A stretch of 64,000 nt of DNA from Stegostoma tigrinum (Eukaryota). The stretch is taken from NCBI RefSeq assembly GCF_030684315.1, contig NC_081365.1, positions 38,965,830-39,029,829 of the forward strand. Reading direction: 5' to 3'. Made by a program: the position numbers and the translations under genes. Each line of letters begins with the position of its first letter. The stretch's first letter is position 1. The notes below the pieces were generated by a model. It saw nothing but the letters and a program-made list of their open reading frames with translations, made no database searches and was not told the DNA's origin. Shown here piece by piece: positions 13,901-24,500 of the stretch.

Positions 13901-16900
13901 ATGATCAGAGGATTAGATCAGGTGGACAGTGAGAGCCTTTTTCCTCGGATGGTGATGGCTAGCACAAGGGGACATAGCTCTAAATTGAGGGGTGATATAT
14001 ATAGGACAGAAGTCAGAGTTAGGTTCTTTACTCAGAGTGTAGTAAGGGTGTGGAATGCCCTGCCTGCAACAGTAGTAGACTCACCAACTTAAAGGGCATT
14101 TAAATGGTCATTGGATAAACATATGAATGATAATGGAATAGTGTAGGTTAGACGGGCTTCAGATTGGTTTCACAGGTCAGCGCAACATCAAGGGCCAAAG
14201 GGTCTGTACTGCGCTGTAACGTTCTATGTTCTATGTTCTATGAATCCTATTAATACATTTCACACAAACAAGTCAACCAAAAAATTTCAAGTGACAGACA
14301 TAAGTTTATTTCATACTTAATATGTAGTTAAAGAATATAATTGAAGATTTGAATTTAAAATTATTGCAGGCTATATAGCTTTTCTTGATCTTGTTTATAA
14401 TTAATTATTACTAATGTTTTGATTCATGTTTCAATTGTTATGTTCAGGTTTTTTCAAGTATTATTACCTTGGCCTGCTGAGTCCTGTCCTTATTGTGCCA
14501 TTTTGTCTTTGGGTCATAAGGAGTCAATGCTGTAAACTAAAGAGTGGAAAAGGTAATCAGATAAAATGTAATCTCTTTAATGGCTGAATATATTTCATTG
14601 GAAATAATGTGTAAGTGCTGCATGAAATAATTCTAACAAAAATAACCATTAAAAAATCATATTCCACAGGCAATAAGAGTTCAGGATAGCAGATAATAAG
14701 CCATCAGAAACAGGAGGAAAAGACAGAAAGTTCAGGAGCCATTGGCGTTTGTGCCACTCTCAAAATGTTGGTCAGCCTGAAGACTATTGTGAGTGATGAG
14801 TTGTCTAACTAGAGCAATGGAGCCAAATAGTAGGGATTGGGAAGATAGATCAAATGATGGGAGATATGGTAAAAGCAAGGGAAAGGACAAGGCAACAGCA
14901 TAAGCTAATAACACGGGTACTGATAAGCAGTGGGGCAGGAAGAGACAGAGCTTAAAATTTAAATTGCATCACCAAATAAGGCCAATATTTACAAAATATG
15001 ATAAAAAGAAATAATTAAAAGTTTTGTATTTGAATACATTCATAACAAAATGGATGAAATGTCATGTCATAGAGGAGTAAATATGTATGATTTGACAGCT
15101 GTTACAGAGAAATGACCACAGCATGAGCAAGACTGGAAATTAAAGCTTCACAGTACTTCAAAAGTATAGGAAATTCAGAAAAGGTGATGAGGTAGCTGTG
15201 TTAAATTAAAAATGGAATTAGTACAGCTCTAAAAGATAGCATTTGTGCTAAAGATCATGATGCAGAATTAGCTTTGGTCGAAATAATAGTAAATGTAAGA
15301 AGTGCCTTGTGGGAGTTTTTTGTAGGTCCCCTCATAGTAATTATACTGTCGGATAGAATATACAGGAACAAGTAATGGGGAATTCTGTAAAGGATACAGA
15401 CAATCAAAGATGATTTAAGTCTACATAGAAATTGAATGAATCAGATTGGCTAGGCAGCACAGAACATCAGTTCATGTAGCATTCTCAGGGCAATTTTTTA
15501 GAGCTGCATATTCTAGGGTCACCTAGAGAGACAAGTCATTCCAGAGCTCATAATGTGCAGTAACAGAACTGACTATAGTTCTGATTGTGAACGAGGCTCC
15601 AGGAAAGCAAGGTCAAAACATGATTACGTTTGGTCTTCATTTTGAGGATGAGAAGAGTGGATTGAAGACTAATGTTTTAAACTTAAATAAAACCCATTTC
15701 AGGGATATGAAGGCAGTACTGGCCAAAGTGAACTGGGAGATTCCATTAAAGGATAGGACAGTAGAGATGCAGTGGCAAACATTTAATTAGACCTTTCACC
15801 ATTATCAGCAAAGGTACATTTTAGTGAGGAAGCACCTTGGAGAAGAATGCCAAATCTGCGTAAGATGAGGAAGTTTCAGATAATATTAAATTGAAGGGAA
15901 AAGTGGACAATTTGGCAAAGATTAGTGATAAGTCAGAATTATTTGCAATATATATTAGTGACTTGGTTGTGGAAAGTGAAGGTACTGTAGTCATGTTTGC
16001 AGATGACACAAAAATAAGTGGGAAGTCAAGTGATGAGGATGACACAAAGAGCATGCAGAGGGATATAGGCAGGCTAGGTGAGTAGGTGAAAAGGTGACTA
16101 ATGAAATATAATGTGGGGAAATATGAGGTTACCAAATTTGGCAGGAGGAATAGAGAAGCTGAATATTACATAAAAGGATAAAAACTGCAGAAAGCAATGG
16201 AACAAACGGTTTGAGAGTCTTCGACTATGAACCACAGAAAGCTACCGTTCAAGTTTAGCAGGTAACAGGGAAGGCAATGAAATTTTGGCCTCTATTTTAA
16301 AGGGAATAAGGAATAAAAATAGGGAGATTTTGCTAAACCTATACAAGGCACAAGACAGATTGATTACTGTAAACAGTTTTAGTTCCCTTATCTATGGAAA
16401 GATGTATTGGCAATAGAGGTAGTTGAGGGAAGATTCACTATGTTGAAACCAAGTATGGAGGGACTGTCTTATGAAGTGAGGCTGGGTGGTTAGGGCCAGT
16501 ATTATTCATTGGAATACAGCAGAATGGGAGGTGACCTTAATGAAATATACAAGATTCTGAGGGGACCTGTCAGGGTAGATGCACAAAGGTTGTGAGAGTC
16601 TAGGACCACAAGGTATAATCTCAGAATAAAGGATCACACAGTTAAATCAGTGATATGGGGGAATTTCTTCTCTCAGAGTGTGCTGATGCTGTAGAATTCT
16701 TTGTCACCGAGGGATATATTCAAGGCTGATACAGACAGGATTTTAATTTTTTAAGGGGAGTGAATGTTGTGGGGAAATGTTAGGAGAGTTGATTTGAGGA
16801 TTAACAGAGCAGTTGTGATCTCATTGAATGGCAGAGCAGATTCATTGGTCTCCTATTCTTATGACTTCATGATCCATAATGAGATGCATTTTTAAAGCAA

Positions 16901-19900
16901 TGACTGACTAACAAAGTCTGGTTGAATTTAAAATATGTGAGAAAGCTAAATCGAAATATAAAAACAAATTGTCAGTCTTTCTATCAGTATTTGAAAAGGA
17001 AAAGAGGAAAGCGAGCATTGGTCCACTCAAGGGTGAAATGGGGGAATTAATGGGAATGAAAGAAACAATTGGAAGTGTGAAACAACATTTTATGTATGTC
17101 TTCAATGTAGAACACATAAATAGTATCTCAAGATGAGTTGAAAACCAGGAACTGAAAGGGAAGGAAGTACTTAAAACAAAGCAATTATGATCACAAGGGG
17201 AAAAGGTACTGAGAAAATGATGGCTCAGTTGTTTCACTGCTGCCTCGGAGTGCCAGGAACCCAGGTTCAATTCAAGCCTCAACACACTGTCTGTGTGGAG
17301 TTTGCATGTTCTCCCCATGTCTGTCTGGGTTTCCTTCTGATGCTCCAGTTTCCTCCCATGGCCCAATGATGTATGGTTTAGCTTGACTGGTTATGTAAAT
17401 TATCCACAGAGTCTAGGCTAGATGGATTAGCTATAGGAAATGCAGGGTAACAGGGATGGGTTGGGCCTGGGTGGGATGCTCTTCAATGGGTTGTTGTGGG
17501 CTTGATGGGCCAAATGGCCTGCTTCCCCACTGTAGGCATTCTATGAAAGCAATTAGAACTGAAAGCTATGAGGTTCCAAGTGCCCAATAGTATGGCCTTT
17601 AAAGAGGCAGCTGATGAAATAGTAGATTCACCAGTTGTAATTTTCTAAAATGTGCTATATTCTGGGAAGATTTCACAGACTGGAAAAATAGTCAACAGAG
17701 CTTATCTACAAGAAAGGAATAGAAGATGACTAAGAAGGACTACAAGGAATATATTGACACTTTGAATGCACGTACATAAAAAGACAAAGTCTTGTCAATA
17801 ATGTTGATGAGGTAAAGTGCAAGCTGTGTGAGAATTTGATGTAGTAGCAATAACAAACATTGTTTAAAAATTTTGAGGACTACGTGCAGAAAATTCAAAG
17901 ACAAAGAGTGTTCAAAAATATATGAAAAGGAGGCAAGGCAGTGGTACTGATTCGGGAAGGCATCTTACTATTGAAAACAGAGGGTTTCCTTGAAAGAATA
18001 AGGACAGAATCTACTTGCTTGGAATTCAGAAGCTGGAATTGTATGGTGTGTATAATTGTCCCAAATGACCACGATATCACTGTAATAGACTACTTTCATT
18101 GTTGAATTTCAATATATATGCTAGTGTACTTTACTATAAGACAGTTCTAACATTGATATACTTACAGATTCATCAGTCCGTGGCAATGATGTTGATGGTC
18201 AAATTATGGAAGAATCAGAATGTGTAGTAAGTAGATTGTTTTGATATATTCTTTTACTTGACATGAGCTGTGCTGTGCTGAACTAAAGCTTTTATAATAT
18301 ATTGAGAGAGAGATACTTTGTGCTCCTGAGATGCTGCTTGGCCTGCTGTGTTCATCCAGCTACACACTTTATTATCTATTATAATATATTGTCAGCTTAA
18401 TTAAATTGAATGTGAACATAATGCACTGGGAACACAAAGACAGCATCATTGTGTAAAACTAGCACCACATATCTCACAAGAGAGAAAGTTCTTAGTTATT
18501 TAAATGTCTTCCATGTTCTAATTTGCCCACCAATCCAAAGAAGTCACATAAACTTGATGAGTGCTGTAAACCTGCAAAACCTTTTTGAGATCATTATCAG
18601 AGATAATGGGAACTGCAGATGCTGGAGAATCCAAGATAATAAAATGTGAGGCTGGATGAACACAGCAGGCCAAGCAGCATCTCAGGAGCACAAAAGCTGA
18701 TGTTTCGGGCCTAGACCCTTCATCAGAGAGCTGATGAAGGGTCTAGGCCCGAAACGTCAGCTTTTGTGCTCCTGAGATGCTGCTTGGCCTGCTCTGTTCA
18801 TCCAGCCTCACATTTTATTATCTTGAGATCATTATGTTGGGTGATTTAGCTGCAGGTGGTCTGCATTTCACAGCCATAAAGCATACATCATTATGCAAAA
18901 TAAACAAACTTTGAAATGTCACTGAAGATTCATTTCATTTGCTTTTCTGTGAATTGAGCTCTCTGTCCATGCAAGGTTTGATTTTAGAAAGTTAATATGC
19001 TTATCATGATGTTTCCAACTTGATATTGTAAGACCAAAGTTGAAGCAAGATAGTTTTCAGTGACTTGAGGAAATACAAATATGGGATGGCATGGAGCGAA
19101 TGGAGAAAGATGCATATTTGCAAAGAACAGCCATTTATTTATTTCTGGCCTTCATTCATCAAACATTAGCATTGTAAAGATAGAAATAATTCTCTGAAAT
19201 AATAGTATTCAGCTGTGAAAACAATGACATTGGAATTTTGTATTGAATCTCAATCTCTCAAATAATTATCTCTAAAATGATGCACTATAGGCTTCAAGAT
19301 AACAAAGTGTGAAGCTGGATGAACACAGCAGGCCAAGCAGCGTCTCAGGTGCTCCTGAGACGCTGCTTGGCCTGCTGTGTTCATCCAGCTTCACACTTTG
19401 TTATCTTGCATTCTCCAGCATCTGCGGTTCCCACTATTTCCTTCACTATAGGCTGCAAGAAGTCTTTGCTTTATTTGGCTCCCAATGTGGTTGAGATAAA
19501 TAACAATGTGATTATTGATACTCACGTCCACAATGGTATCTACATAAAACAGAGTACATAGAACATTACAGCACAGTACAGGCCCTTCGGCCCTCGATGT
19601 TGTGCCGACCTGTCATACCGATCTCAAGCCCATCTAACCTACACTATTCCATGTACGTCCATATGCTTATCCAATGATGACTTAAATGTATCTAAAGTTA
19701 GCGAATCTACTACCGTTGCAGGCAAAGCGTTCCATTCCCTTCCTACTCTCTGAGTAAAGAAACCACCTCTGACATCTGTCCTGTATCTGTCACCCCTCAA
19801 TTTAAAGTTATGCCCCCTCGTGCTCGCCGTCACCATCCTAGGAAAAAGGCTCTCCCTTTCCACCCTATCTAACCCTCTGATTATTTTATATGTTTCAATT

Positions 19901-21568
19901 AAGTCACCTCTCAACCTTCTTCTCTCTAATGAAAACAGCTTCAAGTCCATCAGCCTTTCCTCGTAAGACCTTCCCTCCATACCAGGCAACATCCTAGTAA
20001 ATCTCTTCTGCACCCTTTCCAAAGCTTCCACATCCTTCTTATAATGCGGTGACCAGAACTGTACGCAATACTCCAAGTGCGGCCGCACCAGAGTTTTGTA
20101 CAGCTGCAGCATTAGGTTTACATTCTGGCCAGTTAATGCTCCAATTTCTTGAAGAAGATTGCAGCAATGTAATCTTGAAGAGATCAATATCTGTAGCTCA
20201 GTAATTTTTAAAAATCATTTTTTGTTCTACTACTCTTGGAAGCATTTACTAATAGCCAAATATTGTCAAATATCACAGTAGATGTCACTTGCCAGATGTG
20301 TTTTCATCAGGTGTTAGTTTAGGCATTGAAATTAAATAGGATATTGCTTGACTAAAGGGGGCATCATGACAATGTTCAATCATGCAATTGAACACATACA
20401 CACATGCACATATGCTTCAAGGCAGAATTCACTAAATATTCAAGAGTGTAAGCCTTTTTCTGCTCCTATGACAGTAGCACTTAGTTAAAATGCACGGTTT
20501 TAATTGCTACAAGCAAAAAATAAGGATATTGAAACTAAAGCCTTCCACTCAGTCTAGATGATTAAACATGGAGTGTTGCTTTATCCAGTGCCCATCACTA
20601 AATTAATTGCTAGAGAGTGCGATTGAGGTAGACTTTGCCTCTGTTGCATATTGAGCAGTTGGTGTTCTGTTTATCAGCAGCAAGCCTGACCAATTATCAT
20701 ATATTAACATTGTATGCAAGAGAAACTCAATTGCCAGGCAACATCCACGCAGAGAGAAAAAGTTTGCATTTCAAGTCAGAAGAAGGAGAATGTTGCTTGC
20801 ACGATCTGGAAGTCCAATGAGCTGGATGCCCTGTAAAGTCATCTGACAATCCTTTAAAAACAAGATTCATTTTTCAAAATTAAGGACAGTTCATTAGTGA
20901 GGCAGTAAGTGAAATGGTGTTGATTGTGCAATATAATTATGGAGGTGCAATTAAGAAATAAGAGGATTGTCTCTTCTGCCAGTGCTGAGCCCTGGCAACT
21001 TAACCAGAGGTGGTAGAGAGGGTTGATTGAATGCCGACCAATGGTTTCAGTGAAATGTAAAACAGATAGGATTGTTAAGAGGCCAATATGCCACAAGTCC
21101 ATACACCAAAATCAGAAATGTACAATTTAACTGCTTGCTTTCAGATGTTTGCTATTAGTGTTGAAATATTGGTATTTCTATGTGGTTTTGCATCATACAA
21201 CAAAAAGACAGGACTCATGCTAAAATAAAGTCAAATCAAAAATTGAAATTTCCTCATTTTTAATTGATCTTGTGTTCTTATTTCTGTTTCTTGCTCCTTT
21301 GTTACAGGATAATATTTCCCTCAGCAGTGAAACTCTTCATTATGCATCTGTTCATGTCAAAAATCCTTCAAAGAGTAAACAAAAACAGGAATTGAAAAGA
21401 CCAGAGCAGGACCAGGCAACGGAATATGCCATTCTAAAGGTCAAAGATAAAAATAATGAATTCTACAAAGAGGTGGTAGATTACTCCACCGTCAGCATTT
21501 GCCCCACATCAAACACAAGGCAAACTGTTAACTACAAAGCAACCACATATGCTTCACTTAAGAAATAA
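4948..21568 (+). CDS. Spliced Ig-superfamily inhibitory receptor (leader-VJ-C1-TM-ITIM/ITSM tail; SIRP-alpha-like architecture); join(4948..4984,5080..5421,6536..6835,14448..14552,18168..18226,21308..21568), 367 aa
   Basis: All six exons have GT/AG boundaries and compatible phases (1,1,1,1,0). They sum to 1104 nt with no internal stop, and the domains come in a coherent type I membrane receptor order. Confidence 0.88.
5080..5421 (+). CDS. Exon 2, V-set Ig domain with germline J-like G strand
   Basis: Acceptor TTCCAG|; translation contains ARIDC, YYW, DSDTYRC (DxxxYxC) and [10 protein letters not shown] (GxG J-like motif); donor G|GTAATT. Confidence 0.95.
6536..6835 (+). CDS. Exon 3, C1-set Ig domain
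   Basis: Acceptor TTTAG|; AKPEISL...[17 protein letters not shown]...[12 protein letters not shown]...VSCLIEH, typical C1-set motifs; 300-nt phase 1-1 exon, donor G|GTAGG. Confidence 0.95.
7095..7285. mobile_element. Palindromic pLTR-derived element (family A)
   Basis: GATGAACACAGCAGGCCAAGCAGCATC followed by its reverse complement. Confidence 0.75.
10525..10872 (+). mobile_element. CR1 3' fragment
   Basis: GMDRVN...[13 protein letters not shown]...WNELP; tail TCTATG...CTATGACTCT. Confidence 0.75.
10995..14242 (+). mobile_element. Near full-length CR1 LINE (ORF1 SGNH-esterase, ORF2 APE-RT), disrupted
   Basis: [19 protein letters not shown] (esterase); AISETW, GDFN (APE); [27 protein letters not shown] (RT/C-terminus); (TTCTATG)n tail at 14222-14242; the paralog has an empty site near 43380. 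Confidence 0.92.
14448..14552 (+). CDS. Exon 4, transmembrane segment
   Basis: Acceptor TTCAG|; [35 protein letters not shown] (hydrophobic stretch then basic residues); donor G|GTAATC; homologous degenerate exon at 43187-43071 (-). Confidence 0.8.
15015..16870 (+). mobile_element. Degenerate CR1 LINE (shared with paralog at about 40885-42300, -)
   Basis: MFADDTKI motif and CR1 3' region; a diverged reverse-complement counterpart lies in the other arm. Confidence 0.75.
17220..17545 (+). mobile_element. tRNA-derived SINE (HE1/V-SINE-like)
   Basis: Same head and V-domain as 29178-29500, more diverged. Confidence 0.8.
18168..18226 (+). CDS. Exon 5, cytoplasmic linker [20 protein letters not shown]
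   Basis: Acceptor CTTACAG|, consensus donor |GTAAGT; it converts phase 1 to phase 0, exactly as needed to join exon 4 to exon 6. Confidence 0.72.
18598..18822. mobile_element. Palindromic pLTR-derived element (family A), arms of about 95 bp, 13-bp TSD
   Basis: Near-perfect inverted repeat centred at 18727-18730; TTGAGATCATTAT at 18585-18597 and 18823-18835. Confidence 0.85.
18727..18762 (+). ncRNA. Minimal type I hammerhead ribozyme core (family A)
   Basis: CTGATGA-A-GGGT-CTAG-GCCC-GAAAC-GTC: intact CUGANGA and GAAA boxes, 4-bp stem II, GUC cleavage triplet. An antisense copy lies at 18699-18726. Stem I pairing is weak in this copy. Confidence 0.7.
19297..19443. mobile_element. Palindromic pLTR-derived element (family A) with TSD
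   Basis: Inverted arms; flanked by CACTATAGGCT(T/G)CAAG on both sides. Confidence 0.75.
19557..20112 (-). mobile_element. Young 5'-truncated CR1 3' fragment
   Basis: Open frame [24 protein letters not shown]...; same subfamily as 13670-14240; absent at the homologous site of the paralog. Confidence 0.9.
21308..21568 (+). CDS. Exon 6, cytoplasmic tail with LHYASV, TEYAIL, VDYSTV, TTYASL tyrosine motifs
   Basis: Long polypyrimidine tract plus TTACAG|; two canonical ITIMs (L/VxYxxV) and two TxYxxL ITSM-like motifs; the TAA stop overlaps an AATAAA (21564-21569). Confidence 0.9.
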   Translation, partial: DNISLSSETLHYASVHVKNPSKSKQKQELKRPEQDQATEYAILKVKDKNNEFYKEVVDYSTVSICPTSNTRQTVNYKATTYASLKK

Positions 21569-24500
21569 ACATTTCATATCATTTTATATGATTTGCTCTC
21601 TCAAAGGCAATTAAGGGTGCCGACAAATGCTGACCTTGCCATCAACTCTCACATCTTCCAAAATGTGGCTTGGGTGAAGTATAATTTTGCACTGCAAATG
21701 CATAAACAAGTGTAACTTTAAAGCGGCTCCAGTGTCGCAAGTTGGACGTTGACATTAATTTTTTCATTAAACTGAAATGAAACCCACTATTATTTGCTTA
21801 CATGGCTAAGATATATTGTAAATGGTGTGTCACAGAATTATTACCGATCAAACTCAAAATGGATACTATATTGCTTTTGACCATTTGTTATCCCAAAAAC
21901 CAGTCAAATATACTGTAATTCCCTAGTATGGGTCCTTCCATCCTCCTGTTCATATCTTTAAAGTTTTGAAATTTCAGGTCCTTAAGGTCCTATTGTTTTA
22001 TCCAAGAATTGAATGTTAAATGCCCCCCTTTGTGATTGATGTTGAGGTGGTATACCAGCCTTTCTACTTGTTGGCTGCCAGTGAATTAAAAGGCAAGCCA
22101 TCATATGACTTGGAGCTATCCTGTGAATAGCTGTGTCCATTCTAAATAAAAGCTCAAATTAGCCTTGTGGAAGAAATACATAAGTTTATAATTGCTTGGC
22201 AAAGGAAATGTGCTAGAGGAAAGTAAAACTTCCCCCATCGCCCATAGTTCCAGCTTTATCCTTGTGTGCGTCAGTCTTTCTACAGGGGGTGCATTGGTGT
22301 TCTAGTTCCCAGTAATGGCCCCTGCAGCCCAGACTTGGCCTCAACTGGTCCCTCAATTACAATGACAGTGGTCACAATCTTCACAGAAAGGAAGCCAGCG
22401 ATATGAGTGGGTTGTGACCATCTCCTCTAGGTCAAGAAGGGAAGCACAAAATAGGTTTGTCTGAATGCTGAGTTCACCACATTGGGTCAATCAATAAGTA
22501 GGTCACTGTTATCTGTTATTGATGTTGTGTGTAAGTGCTAAGTTTGACTCAATCTAAATGAATTCAGTCTTTGTTTCAAAGGTATGCATGGCTTTTAAAA
22601 CTTTGTGCAAAACAGTGTACATATATAAGTCAAACAATGGTTCTGACTGGTGACAGTGGAAACTGCAAGCTGCAATCCAGCTCTGTGATGATATGTTTAC
22701 ACCAGCTGACTACACAATCGGCTTTCCAATGCCAGCACGTGCCTGATGTAGCAGCATCCACAATCCCCATCCCTCCACTTGATGATTTCTTTTTCAATGC
22801 AAGCAGTGAGACTTCTCAGCTAATTAAAACAATTCAAATAAAGTTCCACATCAGTTGCCTGTTGACTCATCTTATTTGTTCATCATACCATACACAATAG
22901 AAATGTCTGCTGAAGGCTTCTGATATGCAGCCACACCCCACAAAAGTAATTTGTGTCTGAAGTTGGCCCTTTCATTGAGGCAAAAACAGAAATTGCTGGA
23001 AAGGCTCAGCATATTTGGCAACTTTGGTAGAGAGAAATCAGAGTTACCGTCTCTCCTGCTGTTTCTATTTCTGATTTTCAGCATCCACTGTTCTTTCGGT
23101 TTTTATTTTACCCTTCAATGGATATAAATGAGCATGATTCCTGAATGAATTGATGCATATCTGGTTTACTATCTGTGCCCTTTGCTGTGTTCTAAATGGC
23201 AGAGGGCAAAAATGGAGGAAGGTCTTTGGGCTGTGCCATATGGCAGCAATTTGTTTGCTGTCCCTCCTGAGTCATGTCCTGTTTCAGATGGGAAAATTCC
23301 ATCCTTGTTCTCTACTCTACCCTTTAATTCTTACTACCGTCCAATGTCAGCACTGGTCTCCTCCCCAAATTTCAGTCCACCATCATCCAGAACCAACTTA
23401 ACCCTTGGATGGATCTGCCTACATTTCTAAGCTACAGATAATATATTAATGTATTAAACAAAAGAAAAGCTTGCTTGACTTAGAGGAAGTGATGAGCAAA
23501 TTACATTAGAACAATCTGTGGTCAGATTTTGGTCATGCATTTCAGTAGAGCTATACTAACCACGCCAAAAAAATTTTCCATTCAGGCTATGACTAAGGTC
23601 ACATCATAGTAAAAGATAAACCTCATGTCAAGGAATGAGCTAGTCATTGGCTAGACTGATTGCAGTAAAAACATATCCTGTGTGTATTATAGATTGTTCA
23701 TAGACCAATCTCAAAAAAAAGGTGACAAACCGCTCAATACACGCAACAATCCTTTTTAGCTTGTGTTATGTTTAACTGCCAACTACCCCTGCAGTGACAG
23801 AGAGACTACAAACATCTTAAATGTTTAAAGGTATCCAATTTATTATGTAGAATCTATATGAGGTCTCTAGTTGGGTATAAATTTCAATTTGTTGCTAAAA
23901 TACTCAATGAGTATAGTTTTCTTTTCTTTTTAAAATTAAGTGTGATGGTGGGTAAAACAAACAGGAGGGATTTCTGTTAGGAGATGGGTTGGGATTTTAC
24001 ATTTGCTACTTACTTGTCAGATAATTACATCAGGTATTGGTGCTACATCATATTTTTTGGGCTAAAATGTTCTAAAGCCCATTGGGACCTCACAGACTCC
24101 AATATCCAGATGCCACATTTAAGAGGGACCTGGAGGGCATTTCACTCTTTGCAACCCAAAAGCATTGCTCAATTTCTGCTCTTCACTCCTCACCCACCTC
24201 TGGAGATGTCAGAGACCAGGGCAAAAGGAATGCCTTGTTTGAGCAATTCATCCTTAGAAGTTTCCCTGAAGGCTGATGGTAGAGAATGGAAGTTTTTTTC
24301 TCTATAAATGACGAGAGGCTGTGCTGAAGGCACCCAGAGGATGCTACAGAGATCTGCACATGGGAAGTTTAAGAGAAACTGACTCCAGTTGCAAGAGGAT
24401 AGGTATGTCTGACGGCTCAATTCTCATGCCCCCATGACTGTGAATTAGCATTGTAAGGTTGCCAATGCAGCGCGACGTTACACAGAAAGCTGAGTACCAG

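Larger units (their letters stand above)
4700..21775 (+). repeat. Left arm of a large inverted segmental duplication (partner about 36170-52990)
   Basis: Reverse-complement matches at the promoter, exons and introns; ORF-track peptides 7724..7951 and 47081..47308, and 8525..8749 and 46283..46507, are identical on opposite strands. Confidence 0.92.

Noticed and set aside
18598-18822. Long hairpins as miRNA precursors, terminators or CRISPR repeats
   Set aside because: They are multi-copy mobile units with TSDs and pLTR homology; there is no regular repeat-spacer array and the DNA is eukaryotic.
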